A stretch of 64,000 nt of DNA, from IMG/VR virus record IMGVR_UViG_3300027985_000282, positions 2,050 to 66,049 of that record, one strand, 5' to 3'. The notes under the pieces were generated by a model that ran no database searches, was not told the DNA's origin, and worked only from the letters and a program-made list of their open reading frames with translations. This stretch comes from a virus. Its lineage: Duplodnaviria > Caudoviricetes. Both the position numbers and the translations under genes were made by a program. Below, in pieces: positions 39,203 to 48,623 of this stretch (the first letter of the stretch is position 1; every line of letters starts with the position of its first letter).

Positions 39203-39553
39203 TTATTCCAAGGATTGCTGCAAGCATACCAGATCCCTTGTTATTTCTGTTAGTTGATCTGTTGCACGCACCAACTCTTGAGTTTTTGCTCGTAAGCTAT
39301 TAGCTGCCGCTTGTGCAGCTTTTATAACATCATTAGCTCTATATGTATCTACGTCTATATTTAATGCTGTTGCAAGTATAGAATTTACACACAATGCTGT
39401 CATGCGATGAAACTCTATTTCAGCCGTAAGTACATTTTCAGTTAGCTTCAGATTCTTTATTGTATTCTGCTGATGTCTCTGTCTTAGCATCACCATTATT
39501 ATCAGTATCAGCACCAGTATTAATACTGTCAGTTCTACATGTATCCCATTCAT
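39203..39553 (-). CDS. Membrane-anchored hypothetical protein
   Basis: N-terminal TM segment LTVLILVLILIIMVML. Confidence 0.5.
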   Translation of the reverse strand: MNGIHVELTVLILVLILIIMVMLRQRHQQNTIKNLKLTENVLTAEIEFHRMTALCVNSILATALNIDVDTYRANDVIKAAQAAANSLRAKTQELVRATDQLTEITRDLVCLQQSLE

Positions 39554-40148
39554 ATAACGACAACTCCTCTACTAGTTTTGTGTAAGCATCTGCATTTATT
39601 GACAATCTATTCCTCATCTCTTCTGCAAATTCATAGTCAGCTATGAATTGCATCTTTAGTCTTATTGCTAGAATAGAGTCTAACGATCCTTTCAATAGGA
39701 TGTCTCTATATGTAATACCTCTGCTCTTCATTTCTTTGTTTACATGTTTATACAGCATTATCCTTGATAACGTATTATTAAATGACTTGAATTCGCCTTC
39801 TTTGGTTGTAGTTGCTGCTGAGTCAAATGTTAGATGCTGAGCCTCTGAGGTATGCCTAGCTTCTGCTATAGACCTTGCTATATCTTTTACAGATTCAAAC
39901 AACTCTTCATTGTTAGCAGCACATTCCTCTAGCTCGTCTATTCTGTTATCACGACTTAGTATCATCCTTTTTATTCTGCTTCTGTCTGATCTTACGTCTT
40001 GTAGAGTGGTTTCTAGCTCATCTATTCTGCGTAATTGCGAGTCTTCATACTGCTTGGCACGCTTAACGTATTTATTTGCTTCTATTAGGAATACCACTAA
40101 TATCCACACTGCTACTGTTAACACTGTAATAGCTATTACTGCTACCAT
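39438..40148 (-). CDS. Membrane-anchored coiled-coil protein
   Basis: N-terminal TM segment followed by a coiled coil. Confidence 0.55.
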   Translation of the reverse strand: MVAVIAITVLTVAVWILVVFLIEANKYVKRAKQYEDSQLRRIDELETTLQDVRSDRSRIKRMILSRDNRIDELEECAANNEELFESVKDIARSIAEARHTSEAQHLTFDSAATTTKEGEFKSFNNTLSRIMLYKHVNKEMKSRGITYRDILLKGSLDSILAIRLKMQFIADYEFAEEMRNRLSINADAYTKLVEELSLYEWDTCRTDSINTGADTDNNGDAKTETSAEYNKESEAN

Positions 40149-40474
40149 TATTTACCTCGTACTTTTGTTAATTGATTCACTACATTCTGTAGCGGTATAT
40201 ATGGAGGCTGCCCTGCTTTAGCCAGCATCCACGATGTAGAGATGTTGTTATATGTGATGATATACTCTTCGTTTTTATACTTTACTACATCTCCTTCCCA
40301 TATCATACCAGACTTAGCATCCTTATACGATCTTCCTGTATACATTGAGACTCTAACAGAGTCTCTTTCATGTATTTCTACATTGTCATTGTGAGTTGTC
40401 ACGTTGTTTGCGAGATAGTTCGCTGTTTGCACTGGAGACAGCAATTTGCCGTCTCTTGTTATTCTTAGTTTCAT
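40148..40474 (-). CDS. YopX-like protein
   Basis: MYTG...D...MIWEGDVV motif. Confidence 0.65.
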   Translation of the reverse strand: MKLRITRDGKLLSPVQTANYLANNVTTHNDNVEIHERDSVRVSMYTGRSYKDAKSGMIWEGDVVKYKNEEYIITYNNISTSWMLAKAGQPPYIPLQNVVNQLTKVRGK

Positions 40475-40682
40475 AAGCCTCTATCTTTATGTCTTTTACT
40501 CTTCTGTTGTTCACTAGTATTGCAACCATCAAGTCCTCAATCTCTGCTTCTGCTATCCATTCCATAGCGTTTGCTTCGATTGTCTTGCCATATTCTGCTG
40601 TGTAGTATACGCTTGCTTTGTACATTGCAGAGATTACAAATATTACGAATACGAGAAGCATAATATACCCAGCGATTATCAT
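40386..40682 (-). CDS. Small membrane protein
   Basis: N-terminal TM segment; GAGGAG SD. Confidence 0.45.
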   Translation of the reverse strand: MIIAGYIMLLVFVIFVISAMYKASVYYTAEYGKTIEANAMEWIAEAEIEDLMVAILVNNRRVKDIKIEAYETKNNKRRQIAVSSANSELSRKQRDNSQ

Positions 40683-41164
40683 ATATACTCCTCTGATCTT
40701 ACATTTTCTTCATGCTCTTGTATAAGAGCTTTTGCTAGCAGTGAGTAATTGAACACATCTATTGCATGTTCCTCCAAAAACTCTACGATTCCGACTTGTG
40801 TACTATTTGTCTGCAACATATCTAGGATTGCTATTATATGTTTCTCTACAAATCCCAGTAGTGTAGTAATGTACTCATGAGTCGTAGAGTTGTTGTGTAA
40901 CTTGTGCTTATCTTTAAAGTTTATTAGCCTATCTTGCTTACTTGCATAATGTTGTTCTCTGTTCAGAAACACTTTCTTTGATATTGTGTCTACTGCGATG
41001 TTTTGCTCTAGCGATAGCGACTCTGCTTGTCTTTGCAGCTCTGACCATGCTAACATGCTTTTTCTATCTGTAAGCACATCTATATAAGCGGCTCTGAATG
41101 AGTCATAATCTACCTGTTTACGTAGTTGTCTCTGTATAAATCTATTAAACTTGTCAGTGTCCAT
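40679..41164 (-). CDS. All-helical nucleotide-modification-associated (DUF1599/Nmad-like) protein
   Basis: HYA..DRLINFK...GFVEKHI...EEHAIDVFNY.LL. Confidence 0.55.
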   Translation of the reverse strand: MDTDKFNRFIQRQLRKQVDYDSFRAAYIDVLTDRKSMLAWSELQRQAESLSLEQNIAVDTISKKVFLNREQHYASKQDRLINFKDKHKLHNNSTTHEYITTLLGFVEKHIIAILDMLQTNSTQVGIVEFLEEHAIDVFNYSLLAKALIQEHEENVRSEEYI

Positions 41165-41456
41165 AAATCTCCTCTAGCTGTTTAATTTGTTTTAGTGTAT
41201 ATCTGTGCTTAGCTAATGCCTTTTTAGCATTTCTTAAAGCTAACAATGTTTGCTCTTTTTTTATCCTAAGAGCTGCTTGTGGTGTACGCTGATACTCTGA
41301 TAAACGTCCACCTAGTGTAACCTCACACTCTTCATCATGTTTTACTACGTAGCAGCTATTCTTTGTTTTAGGCTTTGCATCTGCATGTATCATTGTAAGT
41401 GTGTTGTCGCACTTTTCTAGCTTATATACCTCTATTGTAGACCCAACATTCAGCAT
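41154..41456 (-). CDS. Hypothetical protein
   Basis: GGAG SD; overlapping neighbours. Confidence 0.5.
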   Translation of the reverse strand: MLNVGSTIEVYKLEKCDNTLTMIHADAKPKTKNSCYVVKHDEECEVTLGGRLSEYQRTPQAALRIKKEQTLLALRNAKKALAKHRYTLKQIKQLEEIYGH

Positions 41457-42105
41457 GTTTTTCTCCTGTCTTGTCTATAAATACATCTTTGCCGAACCTA
41501 TCAACTCTTACAAGTTCTAATGACTTGTTACTACATGATGAACTAAAGAAGTACATTGGACGTTTGTTTGCGTGTAGCTTTGTAAGCAGATTGTAAGCTG
41601 CTTCTTGTGTGAGTTGTTTACGTGGTCTATCTGTGTACCATTTATCATTGAACACATCTCCATGCCTTGCTTGCAACTTCTTGTCATTGTATTCCATTAT
41701 GCTGCTTAGTGACAATCCAGAGAAGTATAATACTGCATTGTATGCAGCTACAATTAGTCTTATGCTATGTTTTGTAATGTAATTTAGGCAGAGCTTATTT
41801 ATCATAGATGTTAGATTGGTTAGCATGTCATGCTGGTTGTATGCGTTTGCATAATCTATATCTATTTCTTCTAGGTTGTGTGTTGCAAGTACATACTCTG
41901 CAATTACTATATAATATAACATATCTCCAAGCTCTTCTATTAGATTCTCTTTCCTGCTGTGATACTTAATTTTCATCAACGCACCTATAGCTTCTCCTGT
42001 CTCTGATATGAGTTTATGAGACGCATAGTCTAATATCTGTTCTTCATTGCTGAATGCTTTGCTTAGCCTGTTAAGCGATTTCTCTTTATACTCTTTGAGT
42101 GTCAT
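41422..42105 (-). CDS. MazG-like nucleotide pyrophosphohydrolase
   Basis: ETGE....K...EELGDMLYY...N..KL.AR. Confidence 0.75.
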   Translation of the reverse strand: MTLKEYKEKSLNRLSKAFSNEEQILDYASHKLISETGEAIGALMKIKYHSRKENLIEELGDMLYYIVIAEYVLATHNLEEIDIDYANAYNQHDMLTNLTSMINKLCLNYITKHSIRLIVAAYNAVLYFSGLSLSSIMEYNDKKLQARHGDVFNDKWYTDRPRKQLTQEAAYNLLTKLHANKRPMYFFSSSCSNKSLELVRVDRFGKDVFIDKTGEKHAECWVYNRGI

Positions 42106-42123
42106 ACATGTCCTTTATACTCA

Positions 42124-42990
42124 TTATATTTCTATCATCTCATTACCTGCTTTAATGTCCTGATACCTTTCAAGCATTTTAGGAGTCTTATCATAGTAAC
42201 AGTCCCACGCTAGCAAATCTGACTCTTCTATGAAGTTATTTCTAACTGCAATATGTAACATCGCTCTGCTAAGTACCTGTATCTCAGGCATTGCTGGATT
42301 CTCATATCGTACTTTGAAGAAGTTGCCCCAGTTCTGAGTCTCTATCCATCCAGCAGTGTACGCTTCTGTAAACATTAGACCATGCGAACCTTTGTTTGTG
42401 AGTTCTGCTCTGATCTTATACGCCAACTGATCTTCATCCCAGTTGCATTGTGACATATTGTAGCACAAGTCATTCCAGCTTTCATAGTTTTTCTTGTTAA
42501 CACTCCATACCACTTGTAGCTCTTTAGGTAGGTAGTATTCTCTTAGTTTTCGTACACGTTCACTTGCAAATAAATGACTGAAGAGTCTATGATGCAACAC
42601 ATGTGCTGCAATAGTATATGGGAACTTTATTTTGAATAGCAAGAATCTCTTTCTTTGCAGCTCTGTTGGCATTAGCAGTCTATGCTTACCTTCTAATGTT
42701 GCTCTCAGGTTAGCAGTTGATACACTTCCATCCTTATTCTTTATAACCGTAGGTATAAACTCGAATGGCACACCCGCTTTACCATTGTGCTCTGTACGTA
42801 GGTACTTTGCAAATGCATCTGGGTCTGCTATTGTTTTACCTCTACATACACTTGCAAGTTTTGCAAGTGTTGTATTGATGTTAAATACTGTTGCATCGTT
42901 TGCTGGTATATATGGGTCATAAATCTCTACATATCCATGAGATGCTTCACTGTCTGAGTTATACAACTCTATTCTGTCTAATAGCTTCAT
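42124..42990 (-). CDS. thyX: Flavin-dependent thymidylate synthase (ThyX)-like, divergent
   Basis: H...PFEF, HHRLFSHLFASER (variant of RHRx7S) and W.NFFKVR...A.PEIQ.L. Confidence 0.65.
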   Translation of the reverse strand: MKLLDRIELYNSDSEASHGYVEIYDPYIPANDATVFNINTTLAKLASVCRGKTIADPDAFAKYLRTEHNGKAGVPFEFIPTVIKNKDGSVSTANLRATLEGKHRLLMPTELQRKRFLLFKIKFPYTIAAHVLHHRLFSHLFASERVRKLREYYLPKELQVVWSVNKKNYESWNDLCYNMSQCNWDEDQLAYKIRAELTNKGSHGLMFTEAYTAGWIETQNWGNFFKVRYENPAMPEIQVLSRAMLHIAVRNNFIEESDLLAWDCYYDKTPKMLERYQDIKAGNEMIEI

Positions 42991-43322
42991 GCATTTCCTT
43001 TCTGTAGTACGTCTTTAAGCATATGTTCTGGATATAACATTTCAGAGCATAATATAGTTGCTTGCTCTGTTATCTGTTGTGCATTATATGCAATAGTCGC
43101 TGCTTCTTTTCTGTCAACGAATCTGTTATGGCTTGTCAAGAAGCCTTGCCTGACTGGATATACCTTAATGTTGTAGTCATACAATTCTTGCATTGCTACT
43201 AAGCAACTATCATGTCTATATCCGCATAACACAATGCCCTCTTTAATATTTATAGGTTGCGATGTTCTGCAGAACTCGTCTTGCACATGAATAGCGGCAC
43301 ACATTATGAGTTCTTTACTCAT
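42987..43322 (-). CDS. Conserved phage hypothetical protein
   Basis: CAAI...CGYRH..C...QGFLTS.NRFVDRKEA..IA motif. Confidence 0.65.
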   Translation of the reverse strand: MSKELIMCAAIHVQDEFCRTSQPINIKEGIVLCGYRHDSCLVAMQELYDYNIKVYPVRQGFLTSHNRFVDRKEAATIAYNAQQITEQATILCSEMLYPEHMLKDVLQKGNA

Positions 43323-43627
43323 TCTATTTCCTCTAGAATTGCAACGTTGGATATTGCACTCATATCATCATACTCAAGTGTTGTTGTTTTGTATCCAGTA
43401 CGTTCCCATCTTGCTATAGTCACCTCTATAGATGTCCTTGTGTATACTCCGTATAGTACGACATCGCTTACTGTGAACTTTACAACAGTTCCTGGTTTAA
43501 CGTATACAAGTACGTTGTTTCCTTTTTCAGACTGAATCCAACATTGTGTACATACATCAGAATCTCTATCGTTTGAATCGTACTTGCACTCATGACATAG
43601 ATTCGTATTGTTAGCTCTTAGCTCCAC
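43319..43627 (-). CDS. Hypothetical protein with CxxC...CxxC
   Basis: AAGGAG SD; CHEC and CTQC. Confidence 0.5.
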   Translation of the reverse strand: MELRANNTNLCHECKYDSNDRDSDVCTQCWIQSEKGNNVLVYVKPGTVVKFTVSDVVLYGVYTRTSIEVTIARWERTGYKTTTLEYDDMSAISNVAILEEIE

Positions 43628-43644
43628 TTATATCTCCTTTCTCT

Positions 43645-44130
43645 TTACTGTTCTTTTAACAGTATTTGTGCTACATCTTCTTTAAGCATTTTATTCTCGT
43701 GTAGTTTCTTTACTATCTTAGATGCAAATAACAAGTCATACCTATCTTTTAACTCTTTTGACAGTGTATCAGCTGTTTTGTTAACCATAGATGTTAATTG
43801 TTGTGTAACTCTGCTTTCTGATAGATATATGCGTTGCAACTCTTCTTTTATATAGTCCTCTATAGAGACCATTTCTGTAGAAGATGCATATTTGTGAATC
43901 TTCATATCAGTTGCTAATTGTTTTACCGCATCATCAATAAACATGGACACTTGTTGGCGTATATTCTCTATGGCGTTCTTAGTAAACTCTACTCCTAGAT
44001 CTTTTTTTATAACCGCTAATACTTGTGTTTTTACTTCGTATGCTATGGCATTTTTTATTTGCTCTGACAGTGTACTAGAGTCATCTTCTGAGTAGAATTC
44101 CGACAAATCTACTGTTATGTTTATCTTCAT
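43645..44130 (-). CDS. Hypothetical helical protein
   Basis: GGAG SD; operon packing. Confidence 0.55.
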   Translation of the reverse strand: MKINITVDLSEFYSEDDSSTLSEQIKNAIAYEVKTQVLAVIKKDLGVEFTKNAIENIRQQVSMFIDDAVKQLATDMKIHKYASSTEMVSIEDYIKEELQRIYLSESRVTQQLTSMVNKTADTLSKELKDRYDLLFASKIVKKLHENKMLKEDVAQILLKEQ

Positions 44131-44316
44131 TTAACATTCTCCATCTCTGTTTACCTCTTGCAATGCTTCTGCTATGAGTTTATTCCGTTTAACTTTGACT
44201 TGTCTCTTAAGCACTCTTTTGAGATACTTCTTTGCAAGCTTTTCATCCATGTGTCCTACACATCCGTATGGATAGTCTTTTCCGTGTTGGACACGTCCTG
44301 TATAACTTCTACGCAT
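44131..44316 (-). CDS. Small basic protein
   Basis: GGAG SD; abuts the next gene. Confidence 0.45.
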   Translation of the reverse strand: MRRSYTGRVQHGKDYPYGCVGHMDEKLAKKYLKRVLKRQVKVKRNKLIAEALQEVNRDGEC

Positions 44317-44774
44317 ATTACACGTTCTCCGTTTATGACATTCACAACTAACTTATATACTTCTCCATATAAGACTTTACTTGGTGTCCATCGTATTGAC
44401 CTAAACTCATATCCTGCTTTAGCTGTGTAATCATATGCGAATGCATCCATCCACGATGTATTATCATGTCCTGCTTCTCTTACTTGTATATGAGCTGAGT
44501 GCGTAATTGCATATGCTTGGTATTCTTGCCATGTAGGCGTTTGTACATATGGATTGTTTAGTACACATAAACACCATCTAGACGTTCCTAACATTAAAGC
44601 ATCTTGCATAGTTGGTGTTTTACCGTGTGTAATACTAGAAACTACTATATACTTATGCTTGTCATTGTTGTTTACAGCCACTAGCCATCTCTGTACCCAT
44701 GTCCTATAATCCGAATCTTTCACCCAGCACTTAATAGGTTCTTGTAATACTTGTGTCTTCATTAAGTCTATCAT
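44256..44774 (-). CDS. Hypothetical protein sharing a domain with 59550..60434
   Basis: PIKCWVK...W..RWL.AV...W..C.L..P. Confidence 0.55.
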   Translation of the reverse strand: MIDLMKTQVLQEPIKCWVKDSDYRTWVQRWLVAVNNNDKHKYIVVSSITHGKTPTMQDALMLGTSRWCLCVLNNPYVQTPTWQEYQAYAITHSAHIQVREAGHDNTSWMDAFAYDYTAKAGYEFRSIRWTPSKVLYGEVYKLVVNVINGERVICVEVIQDVSNTEKTIHTDV

Positions 44775-45766
44775 TTCATCACCTCTTCAATTTGTTCACA
44801 CTTATTATACTCGCAATGCTTATACCATCTTAATACTCTTCGTAATCTTTCATGTCCTATTTGTGTAGCTGGATAGACAGGAGATAGAACAAGCGTATTA
44901 GAATTTATGCTGCGTATTACTGTGAATAAGTCTATTGTTAACATATATACAGCTCCACCTAATATAGCTGTCTCATTGTTGAGGTTATGCACGACTCCAA
45001 TTGGCAGATTCCATCTACTCATGTCTTCATATACATCTTGTAGATGTAGAAACGTTGTCCTTGTTACGAATACTTGTCTTATGGCTGATTTGTCTGCTGT
45101 TACAAACAAAGTCTTTGTTTCTCCTGTTGCTCTATTTAGCTCTATTAGTGCGTCTACAATGTCTAACTCTTTTGCATATTTGTCATACAACTTATACGAT
45201 CTTCCTAGTTGCATGCTATTTTGGCTAAGCAATGCATCTTCTGCAATTAAACAACTAAGTTTATTGTCTAATTGCATCAATGCACAGTCTTTATCTTCTA
45301 ATTCGCTTTTACCTATGTACACATTCTCTATCGGTATGCTGACTACTTTCTGTTCATCATACATACACACTTCTACTAGATCATCATATCTGTTTAGGAT
45401 CATAGCTTTTAGTAGTACGCTTTTGTCGTCGTGTGTAATCACTACATCACGCAATGTTTTTAACAGTTCATGTGGTAGAATTACACTTGTTAACTGTACG
45501 TAGTTAGAAAGTGCATTAAACACTTCGTCTTTCATTAGTTTTCTTATTTGCATATGCACATCTGTGCTGATATAGCACTTTGTTGTATGCACAACTGCTT
45601 TATCAGTCATTTCAGCAAAGTAATTGTTGTTAATCTCTTTGATGCTAACTATTATCGATTCGTGTGTCTTTTCTCTGTTATAGTATGTGCAGCTCATATC
45701 GATGTTTGATTCCCATACATGATTATACATCATGTATTCTGCCATGTATTTATTTAATTGTGGCAT
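44771..45766 (-). CDS. Hypothetical protein
   Basis: AAGGAG SD; 331 aa. Confidence 0.55.
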   Translation of the reverse strand: MPQLNKYMAEYMMYNHVWESNIDMSCTYYNREKTHESIIVSIKEINNNYFAEMTDKAVVHTTKCYISTDVHMQIRKLMKDEVFNALSNYVQLTSVILPHELLKTLRDVVITHDDKSVLLKAMILNRYDDLVEVCMYDEQKVVSIPIENVYIGKSELEDKDCALMQLDNKLSCLIAEDALLSQNSMQLGRSYKLYDKYAKELDIVDALIELNRATGETKTLFVTADKSAIRQVFVTRTTFLHLQDVYEDMSRWNLPIGVVHNLNNETAILGGAVYMLTIDLFTVIRSINSNTLVLSPVYPATQIGHERLRRVLRWYKHCEYNKCEQIEEVMK

Positions 45767-45775
45767 CGTTTCTCC

Positions 45776-46273
45776 TTAGAATGGTGGTTCAATGTCGTCA
45801 TAATGGTCTCTTTTGTATGCTAATAAGCTTTTCATTTTTTTAAATAGATTAGCATTACTATATGCTAGTCCTTCATGTATTATTTCTGTATACACTTCTA
45901 TATCTGCAAACATAGCGACCTCTTTTAGTCCGCTAAACATATGCAATCTTTGTTCTTTGTCGCTAATTGTTAGTTTCAGCTTACTCATTGCATGTGTTGC
46001 GAACGCCCACTCCATAAAGCCTTGTATATCTGTACCGCCTATTATATTCAGCACTCCATCTTCTAGCTTAATTGATAGCGTTGGTGTATTGTATGGAGCT
46101 TCATGTACCTCCAACATTGCAAACGTGTTATACAGTTTTGCTACATCTTCTTTTTCTGGCAGATAGACACATACGTCAAAGTCAGACTTGCTGTGTACTA
46201 CTCCGTATGCTCTGCTTCCTGTTAGGAAACGTGGGAACGGTTTTAGCATGTCTATTGCTTCTTGTATCTTCAC
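45776..46273 (-). CDS. Pol-beta-superfamily nucleotidyltransferase
   Basis: FLTGSRAYG....SDFDV (hGS...DxD). Confidence 0.75.
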   Translation of the reverse strand: MKIQEAIDMLKPFPRFLTGSRAYGVVHSKSDFDVCVYLPEKEDVAKLYNTFAMLEVHEAPYNTPTLSIKLEDGVLNIIGGTDIQGFMEWAFATHAMSKLKLTISDKEQRLHMFSGLKEVAMFADIEVYTEIIHEGLAYSNANLFKKMKSLLAYKRDHYDDIEPPF

Positions 46274-46293
46274 TACTTATCCTCCTTCTTGAT

Positions 46294-47001
46294 TTAATTG
46301 ATATGCATGTCTAGATCACAGTATAAAATTTCTAATACTTCTTGCGTTTCTTTTTGGTTGTACCTAGCTAATGCATCTAACGTTGTTATGTTCTTTATAT
46401 TTCCTAAGCTTAGAAGCTTTGCACGTTTATAGCTATAATTGCATACAGGAATAATATCTCCATCAACTGTAACAGTCATATCATGTTTTACATCATCTAG
46501 ATCCTCATAAGTTTCCAACGACACACTTCCTATGCAATTATCCTCTGCATACCCTTCGTTTATAATCTTTGAGTTCCAATCCATCTTTCGCTTACTCATT
46601 GAACATTCAACACTATATTGCTCTGTCAGTGCTTTTAGTTTCATATAGTTCAAATCTCTTTTCTCTTGCTGTTCTTGAGTCCAAGGATTGTCAGACATCG
46701 CTATATGCAATTCTATTCCATGACAACTACAATACTCTAGACACTCTGTCCACCACTTTTTTTTCCATACTTGAAAGTTGCTTACTATTGCTAGTATGCT
46801 AGGTTTAAAACCTGAACCTCTTAGTATTGTCCAGAGATTCTTGCTAAGTGTTGGCTCTCCACCTGTCAATGTAACGATTTCATCATCGCATTCATTAGCT
46901 ATGCGGTTTATCACATCTTGCGTAATATCTCTATTCTCTGCTTTACCTCTTATGCAATGTTCACACTTGAGATTGCATCGTCTAGTTACTTCAATTAGCA
47001 T
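46294..47001 (-). CDS. Radical SAM protein
   Basis: EVTRRCNLKCEHC, LTGGEP, VSN and a twitch-like VDGDIIPVC...LGNI. Confidence 0.9.
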   Translation of the reverse strand: MLIEVTRRCNLKCEHCIRGKAENRDITQDVINRIANECDDEIVTLTGGEPTLSKNLWTILRGSGFKPSILAIVSNFQVWKKKWWTECLEYCSCHGIELHIAMSDNPWTQEQQEKRDLNYMKLKALTEQYSVECSMSKRKMDWNSKIINEGYAEDNCIGSVSLETYEDLDDVKHDMTVTVDGDIIPVCNYSYKRAKLLSLGNIKNITTLDALARYNQKETQEVLEILYCDLDMHIN

Positions 47002-47726
47002 TACACCTCCAATGATGTCTTTACTATTGAATGAGCATTAAGCTCTATAGCTTTTAACATTGCTTTATATCCTGCTACTTCAAACTGTTGTGCCATATGA
47101 TCTGCACTCATTTCTACACTGTATTGTTTCATCAATTCTTGTCTTTTGAAACTCCACTGTGAGCCAACGATATAGTAGCCATCTGTTGTGACGTATGCGA
47201 TGTTTCTTTTCAGCTGTTTTATCGCATCATGCAATGCGTCTATTCTTTGAACTGGTGCAATGTATGTGTTGTTCATTGTTCTGCCATCGTTTATTATATA
47301 TCGACAGTAAGCTGTATTAGTCTCTATGTTAACTCCTAGCTTTTTAAGCAGCAAGACTACTCTATCTTTGATATGTGTAGTGTTGTCTGCTTTTGTTATC
47401 TTCAGTGTTACACTTAATTTGCAACCAGTATTCTGTATAAGCTTTGCCATACGTTTCCACCATACTCCTTTGTAGCATACAAAGTTACTTACCACTTCTA
47501 TCTCTGGTCGTTGGTTAGACTCTAGTATTTCTTTTTCGAGGATGCTAAGTATATCTGTGTTTTTAGATGGTTCTCCTCCAACTAGTACTAACTTGTCTAC
47601 CTTTGTCTTAGCTAGTAGTGCAGAGACTACGCCTTCTTGCAATGATCCTGTGCCAAATCCTTTATTGCAGGTCTTACATTTCTGATTGCAATCTTTTCTT
47701 ACTTCTAAATGGATAGTCCAATTCAT
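47001..47726 (-). CDS. Radical SAM protein, divergent paralog
   Basis: EVRKDCNQKCKTC, LVGGEP, VVSNF and YVTTDG. Confidence 0.8.
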   Translation of the reverse strand: MNWTIHLEVRKDCNQKCKTCNKGFGTGSLQEGVVSALLAKTKVDKLVLVGGEPSKNTDILSILEKEILESNQRPEIEVVSNFVCYKGVWWKRMAKLIQNTGCKLSVTLKITKADNTTHIKDRVVLLLKKLGVNIETNTAYCRYIINDGRTMNNTYIAPVQRIDALHDAIKQLKRNIAYVTTDGYYIVGSQWSFKRQELMKQYSVEMSADHMAQQFEVAGYKAMLKAIELNAHSIVKTSLEV

Positions 47727-47896
47727 ATGAATTTCCTCATTTCTGCATTGATTTTTCAGTCAATTCTGGATTCAATGCACTGTAATTCATTTAAGCTATT
47801 CATCGCTTAAAACAGGCTAGAAATCGCTAATAAACTCATCGTTTAAATGCTGTTTTTAGCCTGTTTTACAGTGTACTGTTATTTTTGATTAACTGT

Positions 47897-48391
47897 TCAT
47901 TTCTTCTTGGATTTGCTCGATTCTAGCGTTGTTAAGTATGTAGATTCGCATGCAACAATGTTCAGTTTCTCTATTTGTATTACTTTGAGAATAGAAAAAA
48001 GTAGATACACTGCTTGCTCTTTATCCTGTTTATACAAGTCCATCTGTAACATACCTATGCATGAGATTATCAGTCCTGTCACTTCTTCAGTTCTTGTGAA
48101 CTCAGTGTCTAGCTCATTGTTATCCTTCTCATTCACTCTATCTATTACATACTGTATAGTCTTGTCTAGATCAAAGTCGTGATACATAAGTAATTGCAAT
48201 GCGTATCTTAGCAGTTTACCAACTTTAGGTTCGTACACTGGTTTACGTTTATACACTGTTGCAGATATGACTTCCGTATTAAACTCTGTCACTCCTACTA
48301 GCAATCCTGACATTATATAACGTATTTCTAATCCTCCTAAACTTGGAACTTCTTGACTTAGCATGTCTCTTAGTAGTTCAAGGTGTTTCAT
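47897..48391 (-). CDS. Hypothetical helical protein
   Basis: GAGGT SD. Confidence 0.5.
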   Translation of the reverse strand: MKHLELLRDMLSQEVPSLGGLEIRYIMSGLLVGVTEFNTEVISATVYKRKPVYEPKVGKLLRYALQLLMYHDFDLDKTIQYVIDRVNEKDNNELDTEFTRTEEVTGLIISCIGMLQMDLYKQDKEQAVYLLFSILKVIQIEKLNIVACESTYLTTLESSKSKKK

Positions 48392-48623
48392 TGCCTACCT
48401 CTCTTATAATACTTTCAATCTCCGATACTCTGCTGTTAATGAGTGAATCAATACTGTTTAATTGATGTTGCTTGTTTATTATAGTGTCTTGATTATGCTG
48501 TATCTCTTGCATCAAAGAATCTGTTTCTAGCTTCTCTATCTTCATTTTCTCTTTTACTGTGTTTATATGCATTGCATTGGTTACTAGTATGACTAGTGAT
48601 ATGAATATTATTGTCTTAATCAA
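48378..48623 (-). CDS. Small signal/TM plus coiled-coil protein
   Basis: AAGGAG SD; hydrophobic N-terminus. Confidence 0.5.
   Translation of the reverse strand: MIKTIIFISLVILVTNAMHINTVKEKMKIEKLETDSLMQEIQHNQDTIINKQHQLNSIDSLINSRVSEIESIIREVGNETP

Noticed and set aside
46294-47726. Calling the radical SAM proteins viperin, QueE or NrdG
   Set aside because: Only generic motifs are visible, and there are no partner genes (queC/queD/folE, nrdD) in the window.
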